NCBI GenBank assembly: GCA_965112635.1 | Contig: OZ218778.1 | Span: 2,144,001-2,208,000, forward strand | Direction of reading: 5' to 3' | DNA length: 64,000 bases | DNA from: an uncultured bacterium | GTDB lineage: Bacteria; Oederibacteriota; Oederibacteriia; Oederibacteriales; Oederibacteriaceae | Part shown: positions 46,501-57,805 of the stretch, in pieces | Layout: every line of letters begins with the position of its first letter | Position numbering within the stretch: position 1 is the stretch's first letter | Program-made: the position numbers and the translations under genes | Notes under the pieces: generated by a model | Seen by the model: only the letters and a program-made list of their open reading frames with translations | Database searches by the model: none | Told to the model about the DNA's origin: nothing

Positions 46501-47712
46501 ATGATGGAAAAAATATATTCAGTATCTGAAATAATTTCGGAATTACAAGGAGTTTTAGCTGATCATTTTCCGCATAGTTTGTGGGTCACAGGAGAAATTT
46601 CAAATTTTAGCAAATCCCAAGCAGGTCATATTTATTTTACCCTCAAAGACGAGAGCAGCGTACTCAGGTGCGCTATGTTCAGGGGCGCCAACCAATATTT
46701 GAAATTCCAGCCCCAGAACGGACAGCAGGTCCAATGCCGTGGCCGGATCGCAATTTATGAGGCCCGCGGCGAATGCCAGTTGGTGGTTGAATTTTTGGAA
46801 CCCTCAGGGCAAGGTGCTCTTCAGCTCGCGTTTGAACAGTTGAAAGAAAAGCTCAGAAAAGAGGGATTGTTCGAGCCGTCACGCAAGCGCGCGATCCCTT
46901 TTTTGCCTGAGCGCATTGCGGTCGTATCTTCTCCGACGGGCGCGGTCATCCATGACATCATGACCGTCCTGGGAAGGAGATGTCCTCAAATCCAGCTGGT
47001 CCTTTATCCAATCAAAGTCCAGGGTGAAGGTGCGGCGGAATCCATCGAAGACGCTTTCCATCAGATCAATAGCTATGGGGGATTTGATGTAGTCATTTTG
47101 GCCAGAGGCGGGGGTTCTTTAGAAGACCTGTGGCCTTTCAATGAGGAGAAAGTAGCCCGCTCCATAGCGGGTTCCAAGGTGCCGGTCATCTCAGGGGTAG
47201 GCCATGAGGTTGATTTTACTGTTGCCGATTTTGTGGCCGACCTAAGAGCGCCGACCCCTTCGGCAGCGGCTGAATTGGCGGCGCCTGATAGGGGGGAGCT
47301 TTTACGGCAACTGGGATATTACAGGGAAAAAATGGCCCAAAATCTGCTATCATCCTTACAGCAGGCTCGCGAAAGATTTAGTTTTTTGAAGCAAAATAGG
47401 AAATTAAAGAGTCCTCTGGCTATTTTTGAAGGGTTTATTCAGCGTTTGGACCATTATTCAGAGGACCTCAAGTATTCGTTCCTCCAAAGGTTGACCGATA
47501 GTCGGAATAGGTACAAGGAGCTTGCCCGGGCTCTTCAAGCAGTAAGTCCATTGGCGGTCCTGGACAGGGGATACAGCATAACTCTCAAATTACCCGAAAG
47601 GCAAGTCGTCACGGATGCCTCGTTGCTCAAGGAAGGCGATCTTTTAGAGAGCAAGGTAGCCCGGGGTTTGTTGATCTCTAGACTGGAAAAAAAGGGCCGT
47701 GAGAAAGGTTGA
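46501..47712 (+). CDS. xseA: Exodeoxyribonuclease VII large subunit
   Basis: WVTGEISN, GHIYFTLKD, ARGGGSLEDLW, GVGHEVD, RAPTPSAAAE, LDRGYS. Confidence 0.96.
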   Translation: MMEKIYSVSEIISELQGVLADHFPHSLWVTGEISNFSKSQAGHIYFTLKDESSVLRCAMFRGANQYLKFQPQNGQQVQCRGRIAIYEARGECQLVVEFLEPSGQGALQLAFEQLKEKLRKEGLFEPSRKRAIPFLPERIAVVSSPTGAVIHDIMTVLGRRCPQIQLVLYPIKVQGEGAAESIEDAFHQINSYGGFDVVILARGGGSLEDLWPFNEEKVARSIAGSKVPVISGVGHEVDFTVADFVADLRAPTPSAAAELAAPDRGELLRQLGYYREKMAQNLLSSLQQARERFSFLKQNRKLKSPLAIFEGFIQRLDHYSEDLKYSFLQRLTDSRNRYKELARALQAVSPLAVLDRGYSITLKLPERQVVTDASLLKEGDLLESKVARGLLISRLEKKGREKG

Positions 47713-47716
47713 CCCA

Positions 47717-48046
47717 TTGACACCTAAAAAGTTTGAAGATGCGCTTAATAAACTGGAAATGGTAGTGCAGAAACTAGAGGAGGGGAACCTGCCTTTGGAT
47801 GATTCCCTCAAACTATTTGAGGAAGGTGTGGGCCTGGTTAAATTCTGCTCCAGCAAGCTCAACGAAATAGAGAAGAGGGTCAAAGTTTTGACCAAGGATA
47901 AAGGTGGCAATCTGGTCGAAAGAGATTTTCCCGCGACGGAATCGAAAGAGTCTTTTACAATAGAAACAGAAGGGAGTCTTGAGCCAAAAACAAGGAGCAA
48001 AAAAGCAAGGCCAAGGAAAAATAAAACTCAAGACAATTTGCTCTAA
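47717..48046 (+). CDS. xseB: Exodeoxyribonuclease VII small subunit with extended tail
   Basis: FEDALNKLE.VVQKLE.G.LPLDDSLKLFEEG; start uncertain (47699 or 47717). Confidence 0.93.
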   Translation: MTPKKFEDALNKLEMVVQKLEEGNLPLDDSLKLFEEGVGLVKFCSSKLNEIEKRVKVLTKDKGGNLVERDFPATESKESFTIETEGSLEPKTRSKKARPRKNKTQDNLL

Positions 48047-48057
48047 TCAGGGATGCG

Positions 48058-48954
48058 ATGGACCTAAAAAAATATTTAAATGACAGAAAAAAATTAGTAG
48101 ACCGTTCTTTGCCTGTCTATCTTCCGGATACCAAGGAATTTCCTCCCAGTCTGCACAAGGCTATGCACTACAGCGTTTTCGCGGGAGGTAAGAGGTTCAG
48201 GCCAATCCTAGTGATGGCTGCTGCCGAAGCGGTTGGTGGTCAAACGAAAAAAGTGATGGCTGTGGCCTGTGCTTTTGAACTTATACATACGTATTCTCTT
48301 ATTCATGATGATTTGCCTTGCATGGATGATGACGATTTCCGGAGGGGGAAACCGACTTGCCACAAAAAGTTTGGCGAAGCGGTCGCCTTATTGGCTGGGG
48401 ATGCCCTTTTGACCCAGGCTTTTTACGTACTGGCCAAGGAAGCCGCCGAACTTCCTGGTCAGCGCCAGAAAAACGCTATGCAGGCAATATCTGGCATTGG
48501 TTTCGCGGCAGGCTCCAAGGGTATGGTCGGTGGACAGGTCGCGGATGTGGAAAACGAGGGCAAGACCATCAGCCTGCCTGTTTTGCAGTATATCCATACT
48601 CATAAAACCGGGGCCATGATCAAAGAAGCCTTAAAGGCAGGGGCAGCTTGGGCTGGGGCATCAGCAGGAGAGATTGGAGCTTTGGCCCAATATGGGGAGA
48701 AAATGGGGCTGGCTTTTCAGATCAGTGATGATATTTTGAACGTTGTCGGTCAGGACAAGGCTATGGGCAAAAAGACCGGAACGGACGCAGCCAGGAAAAA
48801 AGCGACCTATCCAGCCTTTTACGGACTTGCGGATTCCTACCGCGAGGCTGATCTTCTGGTTAACCAGGCTAAGGTTTGCCTGAAAAGGTTCAGCCCTAAA
48901 CGTGTTGAGCCGCTGAGGCATATTGCCGACTACCTCGTGCGTCGCCAAAGTTAA
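48058..48954 (+). CDS. ispA: Farnesyl/geranylgeranyl diphosphate synthase
   Basis: GGKRFRP, YSLIHDDLPCMDDDDFRRG, GMVGGQ, KTGA, FQISDD. Confidence 0.93.
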   Translation: MDLKKYLNDRKKLVDRSLPVYLPDTKEFPPSLHKAMHYSVFAGGKRFRPILVMAAAEAVGGQTKKVMAVACAFELIHTYSLIHDDLPCMDDDDFRRGKPTCHKKFGEAVALLAGDALLTQAFYVLAKEAAELPGQRQKNAMQAISGIGFAAGSKGMVGGQVADVENEGKTISLPVLQYIHTHKTGAMIKEALKAGAAWAGASAGEIGALAQYGEKMGLAFQISDDILNVVGQDKAMGKKTGTDAARKKATYPAFYGLADSYREADLLVNQAKVCLKRFSPKRVEPLRHIADYLVRRQS

Positions 48955-48979
48955 CGCTAATTGTAAAAGGAGTGGTTGA

Positions 48980-49435
48980 GTGCTGAAAGAAATTATTACC
49001 AACCAGATTTTTATAGCTTGTGCTCTGGCCTGGGTCATTGCCCAAGGCATTAAAATGGCCCTGTATTATCGTAAGCATCACAGGCTCAACTTTCGATTGT
49101 TGGTCGGCACGGGCGGGATGCCCAGTTCTCATACTGCATTCGTCATAGCCATGTCCACTATGGTCGGATTGAAGGAAGGGTGGAGCAGCACCTATTTTAT
49201 GATCGCATTATGTTTTTCCTTCGTTACCATGAGCGATGCCGCCGGCGTACGCCGGGCGGTTGGCCGCCAGGCCGCCATGCTGAACATGGTGGTGGACGAT
49301 TTTTATGCAGGCAAGGCTATTCCCCAGGCAAGGCTGATTGAGTTGTTAGGACATACACCCCTGGAAGTATTCGCGGGCGCGTTTTTGGGGATCGCGGTTG
49401 CAGTTTCGATGTATTTCCTGCCTCGTTTGATGTAG
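48980..49435 (+). CDS. DUF212 divergent PAP2 family protein
   Basis: AQGIK, GGMPSSH, DAAGVRR..G.QA, GHTPLEV. Confidence 0.93.
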   Translation: MLKEIITNQIFIACALAWVIAQGIKMALYYRKHHRLNFRLLVGTGGMPSSHTAFVIAMSTMVGLKEGWSSTYFMIALCFSFVTMSDAAGVRRAVGRQAAMLNMVVDDFYAGKAIPQARLIELLGHTPLEVFAGAFLGIAVAVSMYFLPRLM

Positions 49436-49484
49436 CGAATACCCCAGCTGGGCCAGATTTTATAAAAATGAGGTGAGTTAAAAA

Positions 49485-51386
49485 GTGTCTTTGTTGGAAG
49501 AAATTAGATATCCCCAGGACCTTAGAAGACTAAAGCCAGAGGACCTGCCCGCGTTGGCCCAGGAGTTGCGCGAAGAACTGCTTCGCGATGTCTCCAAGAC
49601 CGGCGGTCATTTGGGGGCGAACCTGGGCGTGGTAGAGCTGACCGTGGCGCTGCACTATTTTTTCAATACCCCGACGGACAAGATCGTCTGGGACGTCAGC
49701 CACCAGGTCTATGTCCACAAGATGCTGACCGGCAGGCGGGAAAAGATGTCCACACTCAGGCAGTACCAGGGTTTGGCCGGCTTCAGCAGGCCCACGGAAA
49801 GCCCTTATGATGTTTTTGGGGCAGGCCATGGTTCTACGGCCATGTCGGCAGGCTTGGGCCTGGTCATGGCTAGGGAGATCACCAAACAGGACTATAAGGT
49901 GGTCGTGGTGGTGGGAGATTCCTCCATGACCGGCGGCATGTCTTTGGAGGCTATGAACCAGGCTGGGCATCTAAAAAAAGGCTTGCTGGTTATCCTGAAC
50001 GACAATGAGTGGGCGATCTCCAAAAGCGTTGGCGCCATGGCCGGTTATCTTAACCGGATCATCACGGGCCATTTTTACCACAAGGCCAAGGCTGCCGCGG
50101 AGCAGGTGATCAAACGTGCGCCGCATCAATTCGTGCAACCCATGCTTCAGCTCGCCCGCCATATTGAAGAAGGAGTCAAAGGTTTGGTCGTGCCGGGTGT
50201 TTTGTTCGAGGAGTTGGGGTTCACCTATTTTGGCCCTGTCGACGGACATAGTATTCCGGCTTTGCTGGAAATCCTTCACAAGATCAAGGTATTCAAAGGT
50301 CCGCTTCTTTTGCACGTCATTACTAAAAAGGGCAAAGGCTACCCGCTGGCGGAAAAGGACCCGGCATGGTCCCACGGTGTGACCCCATTTGATCTGGCCA
50401 CCGGTAAACCCCTTGTCGAGTCTGCGGGGAAGAAGTTCACCGCGATTTTTGGTGATGCGATCGTGGAAGCCGCCGAAAGGGATGACAGGGTCGTGGGCAT
50501 CACGGCCGCCATGACCGATGGGACCGGGCTGGAAAGATTTTCCAAGATCTTCCCGGAGAGGTTCTTTGATGTGGGCATGGCCGAACAGCACGCCATCACT
50601 TTCGCGGCAGGTATGGCCTCCGAAGGACTGCGTCCTGTGGCAGCCATTTACTCGACCTTTTTGCAGAGATCGTTTGACCAAATTCTGCACGATGTCTGCC
50701 TCCAGAATCTTCCTGTGGTTTTTGCCCTGGATCGCGCGGGTTTGGTGGGCGAGGATGGCCCCACTCACCATGGAGTTTTCGACCTTTCCTATCTTCGAAT
50801 GATGCCCAATATGGTGATCATGGCTCCGGCAGACCATGCTGACTTAAAGCTTATGGTCCCCTTTGCGATAGCTTACGAGTCTGGACCTATCGCCATAAGA
50901 TATCCGAGAAGCGCAGGTAAAGAGTCTGTGCAGCCGGGAAAGCCGTGCCCCCCCATAGAAATGGGTAAAGCCGTCATGCTGAGGGAAGGTAAAGAGATCG
51001 TTCTCCTGGCAGTGGGCAACATGGTGGGGCCTGCTTTGGCTGCCGCGGAACTTTTAAGCAAAGAAAACATCCAGGTCGGAGTCGTGAACATGAGGTTTGT
51101 AAAGCCTTTGGACAGGGAGCTTATTTTGGAACTTTCTAAAAAGTATTCCGCTTTTGTGACCATTGAGGACAATGTGGTTGCGGGAGGCATGGGCAGCGGG
51201 GTCCTGGAACTTCTGGAACAAGAGGGTATTAACAGCGTGACCGTTAAATGCCTGGGTATTGGCGACCATTTCGTGGAGCACGGCAGCCTGGACATCCTTT
51301 ATGATAATGAGGGCTTGACGCCTTCCAAGATCCAGCAAATTGTCAGATCATTCCTATCCAACATGAAAAGCAAAGGAAAGGGTTAA
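49485..51386 (+). CDS. dxs: 1-deoxy-D-xylulose-5-phosphate synthase
   Basis: GGHLGANLGVVEL, WDVSHQ, GDSSMTGG..N TPP motif, GMAEQHA, YSTFLQR, DGPTHHG, IRYPR. Confidence 0.97.
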   Translation: MSLLEEIRYPQDLRRLKPEDLPALAQELREELLRDVSKTGGHLGANLGVVELTVALHYFFNTPTDKIVWDVSHQVYVHKMLTGRREKMSTLRQYQGLAGFSRPTESPYDVFGAGHGSTAMSAGLGLVMAREITKQDYKVVVVVGDSSMTGGMSLEAMNQAGHLKKGLLVILNDNEWAISKSVGAMAGYLNRIITGHFYHKAKAAAEQVIKRAPHQFVQPMLQLARHIEEGVKGLVVPGVLFEELGFTYFGPVDGHSIPALLEILHKIKVFKGPLLLHVITKKGKGYPLAEKDPAWSHGVTPFDLATGKPLVESAGKKFTAIFGDAIVEAAERDDRVVGITAAMTDGTGLERFSKIFPERFFDVGMAEQHAITFAAGMASEGLRPVAAIYSTFLQRSFDQILHDVCLQNLPVVFALDRAGLVGEDGPTHHGVFDLSYLRMMPNMVIMAPADHADLKLMVPFAIAYESGPIAIRYPRSAGKESVQPGKPCPPIEMGKAVMLREGKEIVLLAVGNMVGPALAAAELLSKENIQVGVVNMRFVKPLDRELILELSKKYSAFVTIEDNVVAGGMGSGVLELLEQEGINSVTVKCLGIGDHFVEHGSLDILYDNEGLTPSKIQQIVRSFLSNMKSKGKG

Positions 51387-51389
51387 GCC

Positions 51390-52283
51390 TTGAAGAATTT
51401 AGCTTTCAGGCCAGTCCGGCTTCGCCGTCTAGGCGAGCTGGCCAACTTCTTTTCCAAGCACCGTGTTCTTTCCCTGATCACAGCTATTTTCATGGTCGTG
51501 GCCATAGACCAAATCGATTTTCGGACCATTGATGGAATGGGGTTGTCCATTCTGTACCTGGTGCCCATCTTTCTGGTCACTTGGACCTTCGGCAGGAATA
51601 TGGGGGTCCTGACCGCGTGCGTAAGCGCTGTCCTGTGGGGCAAGACCGAGATACGGTCTCATCTTTACCATAAAGACCCCTTTTTGCTTTATTGGAACCT
51701 TTCGGTCCGCCTTGGTTTTTTCCTCATTTTCGTCATCCTCATCTATCTGGTTTCGGAACTGCGCAACGCCATCCAGAGGGAAAGGGAAGCTGCCAGGAGC
51801 GATTTTTTGACCGGCATCGCGAACCGCAAGCATTTTATTGAAACCGCCGAAGTTGAGATCAAAAGGTGTGCTAGGGATAAAAAACCGCTGACGGTAGTTT
51901 ATATTGATTGCGACAATTTCAAGGTTTTGAACGATTCGCAGGGCCACGATGCGGGCGATAAATGTCTCGTGCTTATCTCCAATACTTTAAAAGAGAATAT
52001 CCGTGCCACGGATATGGCTGCCAGGCTGGGCGGGGACGAATTCGCCCTTTTGTTGCCGGGCATGGGGTCTCAAGAGGCCGAGGACCTGGTAGCCCGGGTA
52101 AGACGTTTTCTTAACCAATGGATGAAGATGAGCCGATGGCCGGTCACTTTTAGCATCGGTGTCGGCACATTCTCACATCCCAAGGGACCAGTAGATGAAA
52201 TCATGAAAAAAGTGGACCATGTGATGTATAGCGTCAAACGCACCACCAAGAACGCCATGAAACAAAAAGCATTCAAGTCGTAG
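51390..52283 (+). CDS. Membrane-bound diguanylate cyclase
   Basis: N-terminal TMs, DFLTGIANR, DCDNFK.LND..GH..GD, RATD I-site, RLGGDEF; start uncertain. Confidence 0.92.
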   Translation: MKNLAFRPVRLRRLGELANFFSKHRVLSLITAIFMVVAIDQIDFRTIDGMGLSILYLVPIFLVTWTFGRNMGVLTACVSAVLWGKTEIRSHLYHKDPFLLYWNLSVRLGFFLIFVILIYLVSELRNAIQREREAARSDFLTGIANRKHFIETAEVEIKRCARDKKPLTVVYIDCDNFKVLNDSQGHDAGDKCLVLISNTLKENIRATDMAARLGGDEFALLLPGMGSQEAEDLVARVRRFLNQWMKMSRWPVTFSIGVGTFSHPKGPVDEIMKKVDHVMYSVKRTTKNAMKQKAFKS

Positions 52284-52311
52284 CCTTTTCCGCCGGACCA
52301 AAGGACGAAAA

Positions 52312-52998
52312 ATGAAAAAAACCTTTGAACAAGACAGCGACGTGCTGGAATTCGCTGGGTTCAACCGCAGGCAGCTTTTTCCAGTAAACCTTCCAGCACC
52401 GAAAGCCAAAGATGGGATGTCTGTATCAAAGGCGTTGAAGAAAAGGCAGACTGTCAGAGAGATAAGCGATAAAAAAATGCCTCTGCAAGTCCTATCAAGC
52501 ATGCTTTGGGCTGCCTGTGGGGTTAACCGTAAAAAAGGGCCGTTCAACATTCCTGGCAGGACAGCAGGCTCGGCGAGCAACTCCCAGGAAATAGATGTTT
52601 ATGTGTGTTTGGGCCATGGCGCTTATCTTTACGAGGCTGTAAAACACAGGCTCTTGCCGGTGACGGGAGAAGATCTGCGTTCCTTGGCCATAGGCAAGGG
52701 CCAGGCCAGTTTTGGAGACAAGGCGCCTGTTCGTCTCATCTACGTCGCGGATGTGGATAAACTCATCCACACGGCCGGTTATCAGGAGCCCGGGCTCCTT
52801 GACCCGGAAGTCCAGAAATCCTATTATTTCGTGGATACCGGTCTCATTGCCGCCAATGTGTATTTGTTCTGCGCCTCCCAGGGTCTGGCCTCATGGTTCC
52901 ACAACTGCAACAAATCGACATTGAAAGAAAAATTAAAATTGCGCTCCACACAGCGGCCGCTTTTTGGGCATACCATCGGTTATCCTGTTAAAAAATGA
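52312..52998 (+). CDS. Nitroreductase/SagB-like flavoprotein
   Basis: ALKKRQTVRE, LWAACGVNR, RTAGSASN.QEID, DTGLIAANVYLFCASQGL. Confidence 0.88.
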   Translation: MKKTFEQDSDVLEFAGFNRRQLFPVNLPAPKAKDGMSVSKALKKRQTVREISDKKMPLQVLSSMLWAACGVNRKKGPFNIPGRTAGSASNSQEIDVYVCLGHGAYLYEAVKHRLLPVTGEDLRSLAIGKGQASFGDKAPVRLIYVADVDKLIHTAGYQEPGLLDPEVQKSYYFVDTGLIAANVYLFCASQGLASWFHNCNKSTLKEKLKLRSTQRPLFGHTIGYPVKK

Positions 52999-53020
52999 TA
53001 GAAGAAAAGGAGGGTCATCT

Positions 53021-53578
53021 ATGTTCAGATCAAACAAAATATTTTTAGGGGGATGGGCCGTCATTATCATGTTTGTTTTATTTCCATACCTGCTATTGGC
53101 GGGGACTGCCGCTCAAGCAGCCAATAAACCGCAGGTGGCACCGACCGCTGTGGTTGCTCCGGCTGATGTGGCTCCGGCGGCCATCAACTATGGCGAGGCC
53201 ATGGTCAAGTTCCCGCACAACAAGATCGTTCATTTTCCCGTAGCCCTGGGAATGGCGGCTGTTTTGTTCGCCCTGTTGAGCCTCCGCTGGCCCTCCCTGT
53301 ACAATTCCTGCCGCCTGCTCCTGTTTTTAGCCGCAGTCGGAGCGGTGGCTGCCCTGATCACAGGGAAAATGCAAGCCGGAGAGTTTTTAAACGGGCCATT
53401 GCGTCTTGTCCTGCACACTCATGCCATGCTTGGATTTTTTACGATGTTGTATCTTTGGCTGGGATTTTCCCTGAGTTATGTGCACGGGTCCAGGCGCTGG
53501 TTATGGATACCCCTGCTGTTGTTGGCCTGTTTGATCACGGCCACGGGATATTTTGGAGGTATTCTCGCCACGTCCTAG
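53021..53578 (+). CDS. DUF2231-like membrane protein
   Basis: Signal-like N-terminus, HNKIVHFPVAL, second His (THA), TGYFGG; ATG after AGGAGG. Confidence 0.7.
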   Translation: MFRSNKIFLGGWAVIIMFVLFPYLLLAGTAAQAANKPQVAPTAVVAPADVAPAAINYGEAMVKFPHNKIVHFPVALGMAAVLFALLSLRWPSLYNSCRLLLFLAAVGAVAALITGKMQAGEFLNGPLRLVLHTHAMLGFFTMLYLWLGFSLSYVHGSRRWLWIPLLLLACLITATGYFGGILATS

Positions 53579-53623
53579 GCCGTCACGCCGGCTTTAACCT
53601 GTTTTGTGCGTGGGTGGCATAGG

Positions 53624-55705
53624 TCAGGCCGGGCTATTTCCAAGCCTGACAATGAACCTAAAACGGGCGTCGTCGTCATACCACATGGGAAAGTTGCTTC
53701 CCCAGACATTGCTGTGCAGGTTAAAATGCATCCCCCCGGCCAAAGCTGGCTGGCTGTCATCAAAGCGCAGCAAACGCGGCGTGCCCGGCGCGACCAGGGG
53801 AGCATCCAGGCTTTCGATGGCCAGTGAGCCTTCAGGCCCGTTATAAAAAGCTCCGGTTCCAATCCCATGCATGTTCCGGTTGCCATGACTGACCACCTCC
53901 AAGGGCGAGATGATCTGCCCCAGCTTATCCATTCTCCAGCGTTCAGGCCGGTTCACTGCCAGTGAGAAGGACAGCCAGGAGGCCTCGGGCAGACGCGTGG
54001 CCCTTTTTTCCAGCCAGCATAAGTCCATCCTGAAAAAACTCTCCCCATAAGGGAACTCATAAATGAGATAGACCTTTTGGGGCGCGCCGTAATCGCACTG
54101 CGCCTTGGCGGGCATTTTCAGGGATACGAACACCGTGTCGGACTTATGGCCCTTTTTAAAACTAAACTCAGCGGACTGCGGTTTCCAAAACGCCTCTTGC
54201 GGCTGAGGCTTGGCCTTGTCCATTCCCGGTTTGGTAAAGTCCGGGATGGCCCAGGACCTGTATTTTTCCAGGTCATGCGGGTATTCCCTGAGCCAGCGGT
54301 CGTAGGAGCCCTGGGAAAAGGTCTGGTACCTATACAGGCCCAGGGAATGGCTTTTTTCGCACCAGGATGGCCCTGCAGCACCCAATTGCAGCCTGGTGAG
54401 GGCACCAGACCTGGCATCGAACTGGACCGTAAACCGGCCTGCCGTAAATGGTATGGAGGCGTCTAGCTTGGACCCGGAAGGAATCTTGTTCTTCCTGTGC
54501 TTCAGTTCAGCCAGGGTTTGTGCCGCTTCCCTGGCCAAAGGCGCGGCCTTGAGCATGCCCAGGGCCTGGGTAATGTAGTCGCGCTGTTCCTGCCAGGAGG
54601 CCGCGAAGGTGCTGAAGCGCCGGGGTTCAGGGGCGTTTTTGCGAAACTGCCCAAATTCTTGGAACCGGCCAGGCACTGCCGATTCCGGCACCAGGTCAGA
54701 TTTAAGCGCGGCCTGGAAATCAGGATTGGAATAGTGGACATAGTCGCCAAGGTGGGTTTTTTCGTCCATGCCCCAGGTATGCTCCGGGATCAGGAGCAGG
54801 GATCTGCTGAAATTGTAAAAGGCCCGGCTGTATTTTTTGGCCCGACCATCAGCCTCCCATTGGGAACGCAGTCTGGACAAGGCGCGGTACCTGGCGACTT
54901 TGAGCGGGTCTGTGGCTCCGCCGTGTATCCAGGTATCGCCTATCTCTTTGGTCACGACCGGCAGTTTGGATTTAAGAGGGAGGAGCTTGGCCGCGAAAGC
55001 ATCCATGGTCGAGGCCATGACTCTGGCTCCGGGATCGTTCCGGCGATACTCCTGATAAGCCTGGCGGATTTTCTCGCTGGATTGCGGGCCGGCATTGTCG
55101 CCGGTGTGGGCGAAAACTAAAACATCTTCCAGTCCCCGGACGCTGATGGGCCGGCCGTAATCAGCGCTGTAGGCTACGATGAGCTCGCTTCCTTCCGGGG
55201 ATTTCCAGAGGAATACCGGAGGCACTATTGGCGCCGGGCACACCGGGTTGACCCCGATATGCAAGAATTTTAATCCTGCTTCGGCCATGAGGGGAACAAT
55301 ACCCCGCGTATGGCCCGGAACATCGGTCATCTTGGCGGCGATAGTTTTGCGGCCAAACCTGCGGTCAAGTTGCTGGGATAACGAGAGCCCAAAGCGGAAC
55401 AGGCTAACGTCCATGAGTTCGGAATGGGTGGTAAAGGGAAGGCCGTGCCAGGCAATATCTCCGGCCATAATGCCCTGCTCCATAATTTTGCGTTCTTTAG
55501 TTCCGGCCTGCTCGAGATACTCATAGATGAGCCAACTGCCTGTGGTCCAGATGAACCGCTCCGGCTTTCCGGACTCGCGCATTTCGCAGGCCAAGGACAG
55601 GGCTGAGGGGATGTAGCGCTCGAAATAGGAGCTGACCACTGTTCGGGAAAAGTTGGTAAAGCCAATGTCCAGATGGGTTTTAAAGATAAGGTGTACTGTT
55701 TTCAT
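53624..55705 (-). CDS. DUF5054 / GH38-like glycoside hydrolase
   Basis: VHLIFKTHLDIGFT, FIWTTGSW, AAKMTDVPGHT, EIGDTWIHG, EHTWG, NVWGSNFPMW. Confidence 0.8.
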   Translation of the reverse strand: MKTVHLIFKTHLDIGFTNFSRTVVSSYFERYIPSALSLACEMRESGKPERFIWTTGSWLIYEYLEQAGTKERKIMEQGIMAGDIAWHGLPFTTHSELMDVSLFRFGLSLSQQLDRRFGRKTIAAKMTDVPGHTRGIVPLMAEAGLKFLHIGVNPVCPAPIVPPVFLWKSPEGSELIVAYSADYGRPISVRGLEDVLVFAHTGDNAGPQSSEKIRQAYQEYRRNDPGARVMASTMDAFAAKLLPLKSKLPVVTKEIGDTWIHGGATDPLKVARYRALSRLRSQWEADGRAKKYSRAFYNFSRSLLLIPEHTWGMDEKTHLGDYVHYSNPDFQAALKSDLVPESAVPGRFQEFGQFRKNAPEPRRFSTFAASWQEQRDYITQALGMLKAAPLAREAAQTLAELKHRKNKIPSGSKLDASIPFTAGRFTVQFDARSGALTRLQLGAAGPSWCEKSHSLGLYRYQTFSQGSYDRWLREYPHDLEKYRSWAIPDFTKPGMDKAKPQPQEAFWKPQSAEFSFKKGHKSDTVFVSLKMPAKAQCDYGAPQKVYLIYEFPYGESFFRMDLCWLEKRATRLPEASWLSFSLAVNRPERWRMDKLGQIISPLEVVSHGNRNMHGIGTGAFYNGPEGSLAIESLDAPLVAPGTPRLLRFDDSQPALAGGMHFNLHSNVWGSNFPMWYDDDARFRFIVRLGNSPA

Positions 55706-55828
55706 AATCGGGATTTTACTCCAAATTCATCCTCGATGGATATGAATTTAGGTCACAAATGATTCTAAAAGCTTTGTTTTGGGAATGAATTTATTTATAA
55801 TATTTTAAAGTCCGCAAAAGGAGTTCCT

Positions 55829-56803
55829 TTGAGAATAACCAGATCGGCCTTGTTTTTAACATTTTTTTTGCTATTTATTTGCACTAATGTTTTTGGCGCT
55901 AATGTGACCGTTACCGCTACCGTGGACAAGAACAAGCTGTATGTAGGAGATACCCTTACTTATACTATTGAATGCATCCGGGGTGGTAGCGTGATCAATA
56001 TGGCCACGCCGCAGCGTTTTGACGGTTTTGTGGTAGTGGGATCTTTCAGCAGCAGCAATGCCACCTTTATGAACGGTGAAATGGAAGCCGTGACCCAGCA
56101 AAAATACGAGCTGGCCCCGGCCAAAAGAGGCACCTATTCCATCGGACCAGCAGTCCTCCAATATACAGATGCGGCAACTGGCAAGACGCAGGTTTTGCAG
56201 TCCAATACCGTGACCATCCAGGTTTTGAGCTCCAAGTCATCTGTGCCACAAGCCAGGACTGCACCCCAGACAGGCCCCGTGTCCCCGGAACACGAGCAAG
56301 ACTTGACTCGCACGCCCACACCAGAAGAGATCAGGGATATCAAAGGATCTTTGCCGGACCATTCTGGGTTGCCTTGGTGGTTTTATTGTTTGGTGGTTCT
56401 GGGTGTCCTAGCGATCGTCTGGTATTTTTTGAGGCCGAAAAAAACAACCCAGCCCGGGGGAGCCAAAGAGACCGGCGTCAGCCTGGAACAGGAAATAGCC
56501 AATGACCTTCTAATGGCGCTCAAGGCCAAAGACAGGGGAGAGCTGACCCAGTTCTATTTGTATGTTTCCCTGAGCCTACGCAAGTTTTATGTGAAGAAGT
56601 ATAATATTGGAGCCTTGGAAAGCACCACCAACGAGCTTCTGAAAAGATTGAATAAAGTCGGGATGGACAAGAAAGCTATCGTGGGTATCGGAGATATTTT
56701 GGAGGAGTGCGACCTGGTCAAATTCGCAAAACATGAACCCTCGGCCAAGGAGGCTGAAGAGGTTTACCGCAGGGCCGTTTCTTTTATCAAAATTAGAATA
56801 TGA
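55829..56803 (+). CDS. BatD-like protein with TM and cytoplasmic C-terminal domain
   Basis: Signal peptide, ATVDKNKL.VGD Ig-like BatD domain, IRDIK, TM, ALESTTNE..DLVKFAK. Confidence 0.75.
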   Translation: MRITRSALFLTFFLLFICTNVFGANVTVTATVDKNKLYVGDTLTYTIECIRGGSVINMATPQRFDGFVVVGSFSSSNATFMNGEMEAVTQQKYELAPAKRGTYSIGPAVLQYTDAATGKTQVLQSNTVTIQVLSSKSSVPQARTAPQTGPVSPEHEQDLTRTPTPEEIRDIKGSLPDHSGLPWWFYCLVVLGVLAIVWYFLRPKKTTQPGGAKETGVSLEQEIANDLLMALKAKDRGELTQFYLYVSLSLRKFYVKKYNIGALESTTNELLKRLNKVGMDKKAIVGIGDILEECDLVKFAKHEPSAKEAEEVYRRAVSFIKIRI

Positions 56804-56816
56804 GGAGGAAACAAGC

Positions 56817-57803
<987 letters not shown>

Positions 57804-57805
57804 GC

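Noticed and set aside
55723-55749. AAATTCAT...ATGAATTT inverted repeat in a divergent promoter region
   Set aside because: Short and AT-rich, with no candidate regulator nearby.
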